A stretch of 64,000 nucleotides of DNA from Acetobacteraceae bacterium (GCA_035696165.1 DASRQX010000428.1:1037-65036), one strand, 5' to 3'; numbered from the stretch's first letter, positions 46,728 to 56,727 are shown. Program-made: numbers and translations. The notes: generated by a model from the sequence alone, not told the origin.

Positions 46728-48557
46728 TTAGTATCCCAACGCATGCGGCAGCCATAGCGTAATGGCTGGAACGAAGGCGATCACCAATAAGCAGACGAGC
46801 AGCAGGCCGAGATAGGCGAGCATCGGTTTCACCGTCACCTCGATCGGCACGTTGCCGATCAGGCAGGAACCATAGAGGCCCAGCCCGAGCGGCGGCGCGA
46901 ACAGGCCTATCCCCATCGCGATGACCAGTATGACGCCATAATGCAGTGGGCCGACGCCGACCTGGGTTGCCACCGGCAGAAGGAGTGGGCCGAAGATGAT
47001 CAGTGCGGCGGCGCCCTCGAGCACCGATCCCATGACAATCAGGATGGCAATGGAGAGAAGCAGGAACAGTGTGACCCCGCCATGCTGCGACAGCGCGATG
47101 AGGATCTCGGCCAGCATGTGCGGCACCTGTTGCAGCGTCAGTACGAAGGCCAGCGCCTGGGCGGCGGCGACGATGAACAGTACCAGGCCGGCGCGATTCG
47201 CCGAATGGATAAAGCTTCGTGCAGCGGCGCGTGGGCCCAGTTCACGGAAAGCGACGCCGCCTACCGCCAGTGCATAGAGCGCGGCGAACGCGGAAATTTC
47301 CGTTGCGGTGGCAAAGCCGGATTTGAAGCCGCCGAAGATGATCGCGACCAGGCCTAACGTTACCGCGGCGCCGGCCCAGAGTTTGCCGATTGAGATTTTC
47401 GGTCGGTCGTCCAGAACGATGGTGGCGCGTTGGCCGAACAGGATCGAGACGCCGATCAGCGCCAGCGCCATCAACCCGGCCGGTAGCAATCCGGCCATAA
47501 ACAGCCCGCCGATCGAAAGATTGGCGACGAATCCCAAAATGATGAGGTTGATGCAGGGCGGAATGGTTTCCGCCATCACCGCCGAGGCGGCAAGCAGCGC
47601 CACTGCGTTACCCGGATTCTGGCGCGAACGGCGAGCGGCAGGAATCAGCACCGACCCGACCGCTGCCACATCCGCCATCTTCGAGCCCGAGATGCCGGAG
47701 AAGATGACCATCGACAACACCATGACCACGTTCAGCCCACCGCGCGTTCGCCCGACCAGCCGCTCAAGCAGTGCGATCAGCCGGATGGACATGCCGTTCT
47801 CCTCCATCAGGTAGCCGACCAGGATGAAGAACGGGATAGCAAGCAGAACGAAATTGTCGATGCCCCGCGCCATCTGCTGGGCGAGGATAACCCCGGGCAG
47901 CAGGCCACCGACCCACATGAAGATCAGCGCCGCGAGCACCAGGGCGAAGCCGATCGGCATGCCGCCCACCAGGCAGATGACGAAGCCGACCAGCATCGGC
48001 ACGCTGCCACCCCGTAATGAGTCAGGCGCGAGCAGGCTCCATACATAACAAATTGCAACGATACCACCGAGGGCCAGACTGGCGGCGGCGACGTCGACGA
48101 CCCGGTGTTGACGCAGATGATCGAACGCGAAGAGGCTCATGCAGACACAGCCGGCGCCCATCGGATAGAACGTCCATTCCAGCGGCAGGCCGGATCCGGT
48201 GGTCTGGCCGGTGGTGAGTGCCCCAAGTTCCAACGCGTCGATCGCCACCGCACCGGCAGTGATCAGTACCAGCAAGGCCCCGAGCGCGCCCGCCAACCGG
48301 CGCGCGGCGGGTGGCGTTCGTTCGATGAAATAGGCGATCCCAATATTCTCGCCGCGGGCCAGCGCCGCGGAGGCGCCGAAGAAGCTCAGCGCCACCATGA
48401 GTCCGCGGGCGACGTCATCCGCCCACTCGATCGGTGCGTTGAATACGTAGCGGCACAACACTGATAGTGATACGACCGCCAGGTCGGCGGCCAGTAGCAG
48501 CCCGGCGATCGTCTCCACGAGAGAGCGTAGCGGCAGGACGACAAACCGGCTGATCAT
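46728..48557 (-). CDS. TRAP transporter fused DctQ-DctM permease, system 3
   Basis: About 609 aa from ATG 48557; the ORF track starts at TTG 48566. DctQ-like N-terminus, then ..DNFVLLAIPFFILVGYLMEENGMSIRLI... Confidence 0.85.
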   Translation of the reverse strand: MISRFVVLPLRSLVETIAGLLLAADLAVVSLSVLCRYVFNAPIEWADDVARGLMVALSFFGASAALARGENIGIAYFIERTPPAARRLAGALGALLVLITAGAVAIDALELGALTTGQTTGSGLPLEWTFYPMGAGCVCMSLFAFDHLRQHRVVDVAAASLALGGIVAICYVWSLLAPDSLRGGSVPMLVGFVICLVGGMPIGFALVLAALIFMWVGGLLPGVILAQQMARGIDNFVLLAIPFFILVGYLMEENGMSIRLIALLERLVGRTRGGLNVVMVLSMVIFSGISGSKMADVAAVGSVLIPAARRSRQNPGNAVALLAASAVMAETIPPCINLIILGFVANLSIGGLFMAGLLPAGLMALALIGVSILFGQRATIVLDDRPKISIGKLWAGAAVTLGLVAIIFGGFKSGFATATEISAFAALYALAVGGVAFRELGPRAAARSFIHSANRAGLVLFIVAAAQALAFVLTLQQVPHMLAEILIALSQHGGVTLFLLLSIAILIVMGSVLEGAAALIIFGPLLLPVATQVGVGPLHYGVILVIAMGIGLFAPPLGLGLYGSCLIGNVPIEVTVKPMLAYLGLLLVCLLVIAFVPAITLWLPHALGY

Positions 48558-48596
48558 TTGATTCAAACGGGCGTTTGATGCCGGCGGGCGACCGCT

Positions 48597-49607
48597 TCAG
48601 GCGGACGTGCCCTGTATCAGCTCCACCACCGGCTTGGCGTCGGGATGCGCCTTCACGAAGGCCGTCGTCTGCGGTAGCACCCGTTGCCGAAACGCATCGC
48701 GGTCGCAGTCAAGCACGCTGACGCCCTTCTGCTGCAATTCCTGCAATGCCTCCTGCTCGACCGCCAGCCCGTGGGTGCGGGTGTCCAGTGCCGCCTGCTG
48801 CGCAGCGGCAAGGAAGCGATCGCGCAACTGTGGGTTCATGCGCCCGAAAGTCACATTGCTGAAGTAGATCGCGAGCGGCGAGAAGTTATGCTTCGTCAGC
48901 GCGTAGTACTTTACAGTTTCGAACCACTTGCTGGCGAGGATGGTCGGCGGATCGTGCTCCAACCCATCCAGCACGCCGGTCTGCAGCGCGGTATAGACCT
49001 CGCCGGCGGCCAACGGTGTTGCAGCGGCACCCATCAGGCGGAGACATTCGGTGATGACGGGATTTGGCAGCGTGCGGATTTTCAATCCGGCAAGGTCAGC
49101 CGGCGACTTCACCGGCTTCTTCGTCAGCACGCTGCGCGAGCCAAAATTATACGCCCAGGCGATGATCCTGATATTTGCACCCTTGAGCAATGCGTCCTCG
49201 ATAGGCTTGGCCGCGCCGGAGTCGAATGCCTTGGTCTGCTGCGCGAAGCTGTTGAACATGTAGCCAAGGTCATAGACCCCGACGAGAGGAACTAGGTTGG
49301 CCGAGATCGACGAGCCCGACACCATCATGTCGACGACGCCGAGCTTGACCGAGTTGATGACGTCGATCTCCTGGCCGAGTTGATTGTCGGGGAAGAACTG
49401 AATCGAAATCTCCTCTAACAGGTTGTTTGCTTTCAGATGTGTCATGAGAAAATCGTAATAGACTCGACCATTGGCGTATTTTGGATTATTGGGCTGTGAG
49501 GAGGAAAAGCGAATTGTCATTGACGCCGCGTTGCCTGCGCGGATGACGGCAGGGGCTAATATCGGGCCAAGGATGGCCGAACGGCGTGTAATGCCAATGC
49601 TTGTCAC
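48597..49607 (-). CDS. dctP: TRAP transporter substrate-binding protein DctP, system 3
   Basis: 336 aa with a GTG start preceded by GGGAGGAG, the signal ITRRSAILGPILAPA and a DctP body (..IRFSSSQPNNPKYANGRVYYDFLMTHLK..). Confidence 0.85.
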   Translation of the reverse strand: MTSIGITRRSAILGPILAPAVIRAGNAASMTIRFSSSQPNNPKYANGRVYYDFLMTHLKANNLLEEISIQFFPDNQLGQEIDVINSVKLGVVDMMVSGSSISANLVPLVGVYDLGYMFNSFAQQTKAFDSGAAKPIEDALLKGANIRIIAWAYNFGSRSVLTKKPVKSPADLAGLKIRTLPNPVITECLRLMGAAATPLAAGEVYTALQTGVLDGLEHDPPTILASKWFETVKYYALTKHNFSPLAIYFSNVTFGRMNPQLRDRFLAAAQQAALDTRTHGLAVEQEALQELQQKGVSVLDCDRDAFRQRVLPQTTAFVKAHPDAKPVVELIQGTSA

Positions 49608-49972
49608 GAACTCTTCTCCTCCCTCGCCGCAGGGTCGGCGATTTCCGCGAGTATCATCAGCGCATGTCGCGGGGTCAAGCTGCGCACAGCGGTGACGGAC
49701 GTTCGGTCTGACCCAAGCTCAACGAGTTGCGTGATCATCGCGTTGTGGTGGTGGCAAGTGCGACCGTTTGGGTTCGTCACGGGCGCGACTATTCCCATCA
49801 TCACCATCGGGCTCAACGCCGTCGGGGATGGATTTGTCTGCCGTTGCAACGTGCTCGGATCTGGGATTACCTTGCCGTAAACAGCACCGATTTCACCACC
49901 TATCGGGGGATGTCGGTTCAAAAACAAGCGCGGCTCCGGATGGTCGGGAGCCGCTTGTGGGGGATATCCAGC

Positions 49973-51154
49973 ATGACAACAGTGCATGTATGGCGGCAAC
50001 TCATGGCGATCGCTGCGTTCGTCGCAACCACCTCGGCCGCGATCGCGGCCGGACCGGTGCAGGGTGTCACCGACACCGAAATCCTCGTCGGCACCATCAC
50101 CGACCTGTCGGGTGTGACCGCAGTGCAGGGTGTCAACAGCGCGGACGCAATACGCCTGGCATTTGATGCCGCCAACGCAAATGGGGGCATCAACGGCCGT
50201 AAGATCCGTTACATTGTGGAAGACAGCCAGTATCAGGTGCCGCGCGCGGTGCAGGCGATGAACAAGCTGTTGAACAACGATCGAGTGTTCTTCACCATCG
50301 AGGATGGCGGCACGCCGATGAACAATGCCACCTATCCGATGGCGTTGGAAAAAGGGGTGCCGAAGTTGCTGCCGCTGAGTGCGGCGCGCTCGATGTTCGA
50401 GCCGTTCAATCGGTTGAAGTTCAGTCAGTTCTCCTCGTATGTCGACCAGATGCGGGCCGGTGTGAAGTATTTCGTCGAGCAGCGCCGCAAGAAAGCCGTC
50501 TGCGTGATGTATCAGGACACCGATTTCGGCAAGGATGTGCTGGCGGGCGCGGTGTTGCAGACCGAAGCGATGGGCATAAAGATCGCGGCAACCACTGCAC
50601 ACAAGCCAACCGATACCGATTTCACCGCCGCGGTAGCCAAGCTGCGCGAAGCGAACTGCGACATGATCGCGCTCGGAACGATCGTGCGGGACACCACCCT
50701 GATCATCTCGACAGTGCGCAAGCTTGGCTGGGACGTCGATCTGGTCGGCCAGGTTGCAGCCTATGACACCGCCATCGCCGAGGCCCCAGGCAACATCGCC
50801 GAGGGCTATTATGCGATGTCGCCGTCGTTGTACGCCTATCCGGACGATCCGCGCCCGGCGGTGAAGGCGTTCACCCAGAAGTACAAGGCGACGTATGGGC
50901 TCGACGTGAATTACCTTGGAGAGGCGGGGTACACGTCGGCGCAGATCGTGCTGGAGGCGTTACACCGGGCCGGCCGCGACCTGACGGTGGACAGCCTGAT
51001 CAATGCCATGGAAAGCATCGAGGATTTCCACGACCTCTTTGGCGGCACCTACACGTTCAGCGCGACGCAACACCAAGGCACGACCAAGGCGTTCCTTTCG
51101 GTTGTGCACAACGGGCGCTGGGTGCCGGTGCAAGACACGGCGCTGGCCTACTGA
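49973..51154 (+). CDS. Orphan ABC substrate-binding protein (branched-chain amino acid / LivK-type family)
   Basis: 393 aa from ATG 49973 with a signal peptide. ..GVTDTEILVGTITDLSGVTAVQGVNSADAIRLAFDAANANGGINGRKIRYIVEDSQYQVPRAVQA... No cognate permease or ATPase genes nearby. Confidence 0.8.
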   Translation: MTTVHVWRQLMAIAAFVATTSAAIAAGPVQGVTDTEILVGTITDLSGVTAVQGVNSADAIRLAFDAANANGGINGRKIRYIVEDSQYQVPRAVQAMNKLLNNDRVFFTIEDGGTPMNNATYPMALEKGVPKLLPLSAARSMFEPFNRLKFSQFSSYVDQMRAGVKYFVEQRRKKAVCVMYQDTDFGKDVLAGAVLQTEAMGIKIAATTAHKPTDTDFTAAVAKLREANCDMIALGTIVRDTTLIISTVRKLGWDVDLVGQVAAYDTAIAEAPGNIAEGYYAMSPSLYAYPDDPRPAVKAFTQKYKATYGLDVNYLGEAGYTSAQIVLEALHRAGRDLTVDSLINAMESIEDFHDLFGGTYTFSATQHQGTTKAFLSVVHNGRWVPVQDTALAY

Positions 51155-51299
51155 CGCTATCCGCCTGTATCACCGATTTTTGGTGAGCTGTGGAGTGGGC
51201 TTCCACTGCGCCGGACCCCGAGGGCCGGCGCCACCGATGATCGCGACATGGGTAATCTGGCCGTGGCCATGCGGAAGACCCGGCCTGACCCGGGGTCCG

Positions 51300-51813
51300 A
51301 TAAATCCTGCCAACCATGGAAACTGCTTCTGGCAGACTGCGTTTGCATGGTGGGCGTTAGTCCACCGTCATGCGGACCGGATGGTCGCCGGTGTATTGCA
51401 GCACGTGGTAAAGACCCGCAACACGCCGGTGCTGTCGGCAGCGGATCCCGAGCGTCGGGCCTCGGCGCCGGGCTTGATCCTTCGCCGATGCGCCCGAGGA
51501 TGGGGCTGTCACGCGCGGGTGCCCGAACCATTGTGTGACCAAGGCTGCCCGCAGGATCAGGACCGGGACGCCGTTTGCTTGGGTCGGACCATTGTGGGAA
51601 CCATTGGCGGGGAGCTCATCGCTTGACCCGCGGATCGATCTGAAACGTGCTCATGCACTTCGGCATGCAATTCACAAGCGACGTTCGCGAGGCGCCAAAG
51701 GGCGCATCATTCGGTTCGAGGGGCCGTTTGTGGCAACCACGGTGGCGGTTGCGGTCAATATCCTGAACCACATGCTGGAGATGGTACGCCCGAATTACGT
51801 CCGCACCGCATGA
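51300..51813 (+). pseudogene. IS5-family transposase remnant (C-terminal part, multiple frameshifts)
   Basis: The frame fragments ..HADRMVAGVLQHVV.., ..FADAPEDGAV.., ..PQDQDRDAV.. end in ATTVAVAVNILNHMLEMVRPNYVRTA-stop. That ending matches the IS5-family C-terminal consensus ..AIAV.VLNRMLELGRP.YVRIA (recalled). Confidence 0.5.
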
Positions 51814-52331
51814 GACCGATCGCGCCAGCAATCACTGCGTTCACCGACTGATCCATGCAAGAAGGTGCCGCGGCGTATCACTTTCTGATCGCAATCATTG
51901 CCGCCCTCAACTGCCGCATTGCCTCATCCCTTACAACCACCCGGAAGAAGGCAGGCTACGACCCAAAGACCAACGGCGCCATCTCAGATGGCCAAAACGC
52001 TCAGCTTCGCAGTCACTGGGCCATACATGATGATGTCCCGTCTCCGCCATTCCGGTCGCAATCTATTCATTCCGTCTCATACCACCCGGCGAAATCGTTG
52101 ACTCTTCCGCGGGCGGCATAGGGGCGATCATCTGCTCATTTTACTCCTGATAATAAATCTGTTATCAAGAGTAAACGGGGCAATCTCCCGGCCGGACGCC
52201 GTCGCTCAGCATTTGCCGTTGCATCTCGGGTTCCACCTGATCGCCCAGTATGCCATTCTGACGCATCATAATCAGCGCGCAATCCTCCCGTTCATCGGCT
52301 TCGGAGGTTCGATGCGCTCTCGCAAGGTAGA

Positions 52332-52976
52332 ATGGGACGTTCGCAGATGCCGAGCAAGGAAGATGATGGTAAGCTACGCCCCAGAGTAACGGGAGAGCCG
52401 CGGCATTGGATTGAGTACGGGGTATTCGCCTTCGTCCTCATCACAGCCGTAGCGACCGCGACAGCAGCCTGGTACACGCGCAGGGAATGGGAAAGCTCAG
52501 TGGATAACGGGCACCGCCAGTTGCGAGCGTATGTCTTCCCCGATCAGGCAAACTTGGTATGGGGAGGAACCGCAAAGCCCACCGTAGCCGAGATCGTGAT
52601 AAAAAACAGTGGACAGACGCCCGCATACAGACTGACGACGGCGGTTGTAATCAGTGTGAGTGATTATCCACTTCAAGGCGATTTGCGCGTCCCGTTGATC
52701 CCAGATAACCATACCGTCGTGCCACCTGCCGGCAGCCATATGCTTTCTGTCACGATGGGGCAGCCCCTCACCGGGGATCAGATCAAGGCGATCCAGAAGG
52801 GCACTCAGGCAATATATGTTTTTGGCGAGATTTCGTATGCCGACGCGTTCGGCGAGTGCCGGACGACCCGATATCGCCTCTTCTATACGGGTGCGGGTGG
52901 TGACATTGGAAATCGTGCTGGCCTCTCATACCTCGACGAAGGTAACACCGAAGCTCCGTGCTCTAAGGTTAAATGA
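52332..52976 (+). CDS. Hypothetical membrane-anchored protein (one N-terminal TM helix plus a beta-rich domain)
   Basis: 214 aa in a visibly lower-GC stretch. TM helix WIEYGVFAFVLITAVATATAAWY, then ..VAEIVIKNSGQTPAYRL..IYVFGEISYADAFGECRTTRY... No named family recognised. Confidence 0.5.
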   Translation: MGRSQMPSKEDDGKLRPRVTGEPRHWIEYGVFAFVLITAVATATAAWYTRREWESSVDNGHRQLRAYVFPDQANLVWGGTAKPTVAEIVIKNSGQTPAYRLTTAVVISVSDYPLQGDLRVPLIPDNHTVVPPAGSHMLSVTMGQPLTGDQIKAIQKGTQAIYVFGEISYADAFGECRTTRYRLFYTGAGGDIGNRAGLSYLDEGNTEAPCSKVK

Positions 52977-53002
52977 ACGGCCGGGTTCGTGACGTAGAAC
53001 TG

Positions 53003-53697
53003 TCAGGGGCGTGGTGCCTCGTCTCTCGGAGGAAGGCAAGGGTTAGGAAGAGGCTGTCCCGGTCGGGCCAAGCGTTCGTGCTTCACACTCCAGAGATTCA
53101 TCCCTCCAAACTCTCGTGTTGCCCACACACAGTAGTCAGCAAGGAAATCATAAACTCCGTTGCCAAACCACCATCCCTCCAACCCCGGACCCTGTGATTC
53201 CGCTTCAAGCTTGGGATTGACGAAAACATAATCTCGTAGAAAGAAAATCGCCTGGTAGATCGTCTCAGGAAATCTCGAGAACACCTCATCACGATCGCAA
53301 TCGCGCGTATCCAGGCACTGTCCGATAGACTTCATCCTTGACATGATAAGGAGCATATCGGCGTCGGTATCAGTGGCAGTTGCCCAGAAATCCTCAAACC
53401 TCACCTTTGGGTCACGACGAACGTTCCCTTTTCCCTTCTCAATGAAGTCATATCCGTAATTTAAGAGAAGTCATATCCGTGGTTTAAGACTTTCGATAGG
53501 CTTACGGAGAAGGGTGGGTCATGCAAGCAATCCACCTCCATGATGCTTCGCTTTTCCCTTTCATCCTGCTTGTTCATGAAATATCCACCGAGCGAAACAA
53601 TACCGGTCAATACGGATATAACAAGGGAGAGCAGGGCTATCGCAGTCGGGTTGGCAAACCAGCGCTGCTCTGCGGTAGCCGTTTCCCTGCTCTCCAT
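53003..53697 (-). pseudogene. Membrane-anchored orphan gene split into 78-aa and 133-aa ORFs by a 23-bp tandem duplication
   Basis: ORF 53461-53697 ends ..KVLNHGYDFS-stop inside repeat unit 2. The frame of ORF 53003-53404 is open back to LNYGYDFIEKGKGNVRRDPKVRFEDFW.. in unit 1. Deleting one 23-nt unit fuses them in frame (about 230 aa). Confidence 0.55.
53444..53489. repeat. Tandem direct repeat, 2 x 23 bp
   Basis: GAAGTCATATCCGTAATTTAAGA (53444-53466) and GAAGTCATATCCGTGGTTTAAGA (53467-53489). 21/23 identical. Confidence 0.9.
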
Positions 53698-54194
53698 TGA
53701 CCCCTCCCCATCAGTTGTAGCAGGGGAGCACTTCTGACACAGATGGCGCCTCGTCGCCAGCCAGATGGTCTGCTGCGCTGTGCTGGCTCAGCATGAACAT
53801 ATCGCTAGTCGAGATCGTGGGGCGGCACGGCGTCGATCTGTTTCGTGTCGTTGGAGTCCATCGAACGATAGAAACCATGGAGCCTCTCTGCTGGGGGAGG
53901 GGTTACGATACCGGCTTCGCGGCGGCTTGTTCCTTGATTTTGCCCGGCATCTTGTGGATCGACCAGCACACGTCGACCGACGTGCCATCGGAGTAACGCG
54001 GAGGCTCTGCCTACAAAAAGTTAGGCAGGTTGTCGAGCGTATCGACCTTGGCGTGGAGAGTTTGTTTGGCTTGGCGAAGCTGCCTAATTTCCGCCTGTGC
54101 GGTCAGTTGCAAATCTTTAAGCTCAGTCATCTGTGGTCCCGCTTAACCAGTTGTTAAAATGCCGCTTTCCAGTCAGAGCTTTCGGTCCATCCTT

Positions 54195-55040
54195 CGCCTT
54201 GGTCCATGAATAGGTGGCTGACTTCGTCTCGCCGCGCGTATCAGCGGATCGGGACGGTGACTGGCATGCCGAGCGTCGTCATCCGGTTGAGCACGTAGCA
54301 CTAAATTTTTCCTCGGTCCGCTGATTGGGCAAAGCCCTGGGCGTGAAGCCGCCAGTCCGCAAAGGACTCGTAACGATACGATGCAAGACCGACCAGACTC
54401 CGGCGATTGCAGCTTGAATGACGTTGCCAACCCGTGCATCCATGTACTTCAATCTTTGCGATATGTCGATCCCGCGGCTTCGGGATGACGTTCGGCGACA
54501 GCGTCGTAGACGGCCTCCCCATCATACGCGCCGTCCGCGGTCATCGATGCAACCTCAGCATCAATCTGATCGAGTAGCACCGGCATTTCGAAGACGTCAC
54601 CGACATCGTCCGCCGTCAGCTCCGAGGCAACGATTTCATGCGCGACGGCGTCAATCCCCAGGCGCAGCTTGCGCCACCGCAGGCGCGACCGCATGCGTGT
54701 TTCTGATCGAGCCAATTTCCCTCGCCGAAAATCTTTAGGCCCGTACTGTCGACAAGAAGACGCAGTGGCTCCGCGCGATCAAGCCGCTTGAGCAAGATTG
54801 TCAGGCCACCACCGCGCCCGACCTAGGGAGGTCGTGGTCGGCTTGGCTAGGTCTGGCCGATGGTCCTGAAAGATGGTATCGGAAACGAGTCGGACCGGTG
54901 CTCCGGGACAGGTACCGGATGACCGTTCGGCCGCTACGGAAGAGACCGCCCAGAACCTGGGGAGAGAACAAGGCCGGTAAGTCATCGCGACCCCAGTCAT
55001 CCCGGCTCTCCCTCCGCTCCGCCGGATCTGGCGCCCGGAT
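54195..55040 (-). mobile_element. Degenerate IS5-family element remnant (same type as 62574-63731, inverted; lacks the 5' end, has frameshifts and deletions)
   Basis: Terminal CGCCTTGGTCCATGAA at 54195-54210 matches the IR of the intact copy. The frames read ..RWRKLRLGIDAVAHEIVASELTADDVGDVFEMPVLLDQIDAEVASMTADGAYDGEAVYDAVAERHPEAA.. and RDRHIAKIEVHGCTGWQRHSSCNRRSLV... Confidence 0.65.
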
Positions 55041-55092
55041 CATTTGCCGGCAGGCCCCCAGGTTTTGGACGCTCTCGAACGCAGCCGATAAC

Positions 55093-56727
55093 TCAGTTCC
55101 GCCGCGCGCGCGCCGCCTTGAACCCGGCGACGAAACGGGCGAGCGTGTCAGAGGTCCGGCCGCGCGGCAGCATCACTTCGAGGAGCTGAAATCGTCCGCG
55201 TGTGGCGTGCGCCGCTTCAAGGGCGGCGGCCAGTTGGCGACGGGTGCCGACCCGCACGCCGTCGCCGCCGAGCGGCCCGGCAAGCTCGGCGAAGCGCCAA
55301 TCCTCCAGATCGTTGAACCGACTCTCCGGCTGGAACACGCGCAGCATCTCCCAGCTGGTGTTGTTGAATACCACCACGATCGGGTCCCAGCCGTAGCGGC
55401 GGCAATTGCCGAGCTCGAACCCGGTCATCTGGAACGCGCCGTCGCCAACCATGATCAACGGCCTCACTCCGGTCGCTACGCAGGCGCCGAGGCCGGCGGG
55501 CACCCCATAGCCCATGCCAGCGTAGTAGCCGGGCGCGACCAGGTTCGTGTTGGCGATTTCCATCGCGGTGAATAGGCAATCACCCATATCCGCCGCGATC
55601 GGCATGGTGCCGTGCGCGGCGAAGAGGTCGTTGATCGCGGCTGCGACGTCCGACGGCTCGATGGGCCCGTCCTCCGCGCGCAGGCGGCTCGGTGGGGGCG
55701 GAGCGGCGGCGGGCGAAGGCGACGCTTTGGTGCCACCTCCCGCCCGGGCGAGCAGCGCGTCGACAAGTGCGTCGAGTGGAATTTCGGCATAGGTGTGATG
55801 ACCGACGCGCACCTTGCGGTCGAGGGCCAGGATCGCATGGCGCATGTCGATCTTGCGTTGCGATACGGCGAAATTCGTGTCGGACAGGATGACGCCTAGA
55901 AGAAGCAGGCCATCGCTGTCCTCAACCAGGGCGGTGATCTCAGGGGCACCGGCAGCGCCGAGATAGGTGCCGCGGACCAGATCGGGATGCGCGGACAGCA
56001 GGCCGCGCCCCATGAAACTCGTCACCACTGGCAGGTCGAGCTGCCGCGCGAGCCGTGCGACCTTGTCCTCCACGCCGTAGCGGCGGGTCTCGACATCCAC
56101 CATCACCACGGGGTGGGAGGCGGCGCGTAGGCGGGCGATGACTTCGTCGGCGCATTCGTCGAGCGCGCTCGGATCGGCCAGCCGGGGCGGCAGGGTCCCC
56201 ACCGCCCCAACGTCTGTGCCAACGAGATCGCGTGGCAGCTCGATATAGACGGGGCGTGAGAATTCTCGGGCGCTACGCAGCACCCGCGCGATCTCGCCGG
56301 GTGCGCGTGCGGGATCGTCGAGGATCGCCTGATCGCAGGTGATCTCGTGAAAGACGCGTGATTGCGTGTCGACGGCACGAGACATGTGGTGGAGCTGCCA
56401 CCCCGCGGCGCGCTCCACGACCCCCGGTGCGCCTGAGACGACCACCACTGGCGAGCGTTCGGCATAGGCGCCGGCGATCGAATTCACGAGATTGAACGCC
56501 CCTGCGCCCCAGGTAACAACGGCAACGGAAATGGAGGAGTGGAATCGTGCCGCCGCATCGGCTGCGAAACCGACCGCCGGCTCGTGACTGAGCGTGTAGA
56601 AGGGCAGTGTGCCGCTCTCCTCGATCACCTTGAAAAACGGCAGGATGAAGTCACCGGGAATGCCAAAGATTTCCTGGGCGCCGTGATCGCGAAGAGCATC
56701 AAGCAAAGCGCGGCCGAGTGCGGGCAT
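55093..56727 (-). CDS. ipdC: Thiamine-diphosphate-dependent alpha-keto-acid decarboxylase (indolepyruvate/phenylpyruvate decarboxylase-like)
   Basis: 544 aa from ATG 56727. MPALGRALLDALRDHGAQEIFGIPGDFILPFFKVIEESGTLPFYTLSHEPAVGFAADAAARF, ..ILSDTNFAVSQRKID.., ..AADMGDCLFTAM.., ..VGDGAFQMTGFELGNCRR..FNNTSWEMLRVFQPES... It closely tracks my recollection of Azospirillum brasilense IpdC/PPDC. Confidence 0.75.
   Translation of the reverse strand: MPALGRALLDALRDHGAQEIFGIPGDFILPFFKVIEESGTLPFYTLSHEPAVGFAADAAARFHSSISVAVVTWGAGAFNLVNSIAGAYAERSPVVVVSGAPGVVERAAGWQLHHMSRAVDTQSRVFHEITCDQAILDDPARAPGEIARVLRSAREFSRPVYIELPRDLVGTDVGAVGTLPPRLADPSALDECADEVIARLRAASHPVVMVDVETRRYGVEDKVARLARQLDLPVVTSFMGRGLLSAHPDLVRGTYLGAAGAPEITALVEDSDGLLLLGVILSDTNFAVSQRKIDMRHAILALDRKVRVGHHTYAEIPLDALVDALLARAGGGTKASPSPAAAPPPPSRLRAEDGPIEPSDVAAAINDLFAAHGTMPIAADMGDCLFTAMEIANTNLVAPGYYAGMGYGVPAGLGACVATGVRPLIMVGDGAFQMTGFELGNCRRYGWDPIVVVFNNTSWEMLRVFQPESRFNDLEDWRFAELAGPLGGDGVRVGTRRQLAAALEAAHATRGRFQLLEVMLPRGRTSDTLARFVAGFKAARARRN

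Noticed and set aside
53444-53489. Possible CRISPR or minisatellite array.
   Set aside because: There are only two adjacent 23-bp units, no spacers and no cas genes. I treat it as a simple tandem duplication.
54011-54130. 39-aa coiled-coil-like minus-strand mini-ORF (MTELKDLQLTAQAEIRQLRQAKQTLHAKVDTLDNLPNFL).
   Set aside because: It has no ribosome-binding site, is too short to evaluate and lies in debris next to an IS end.
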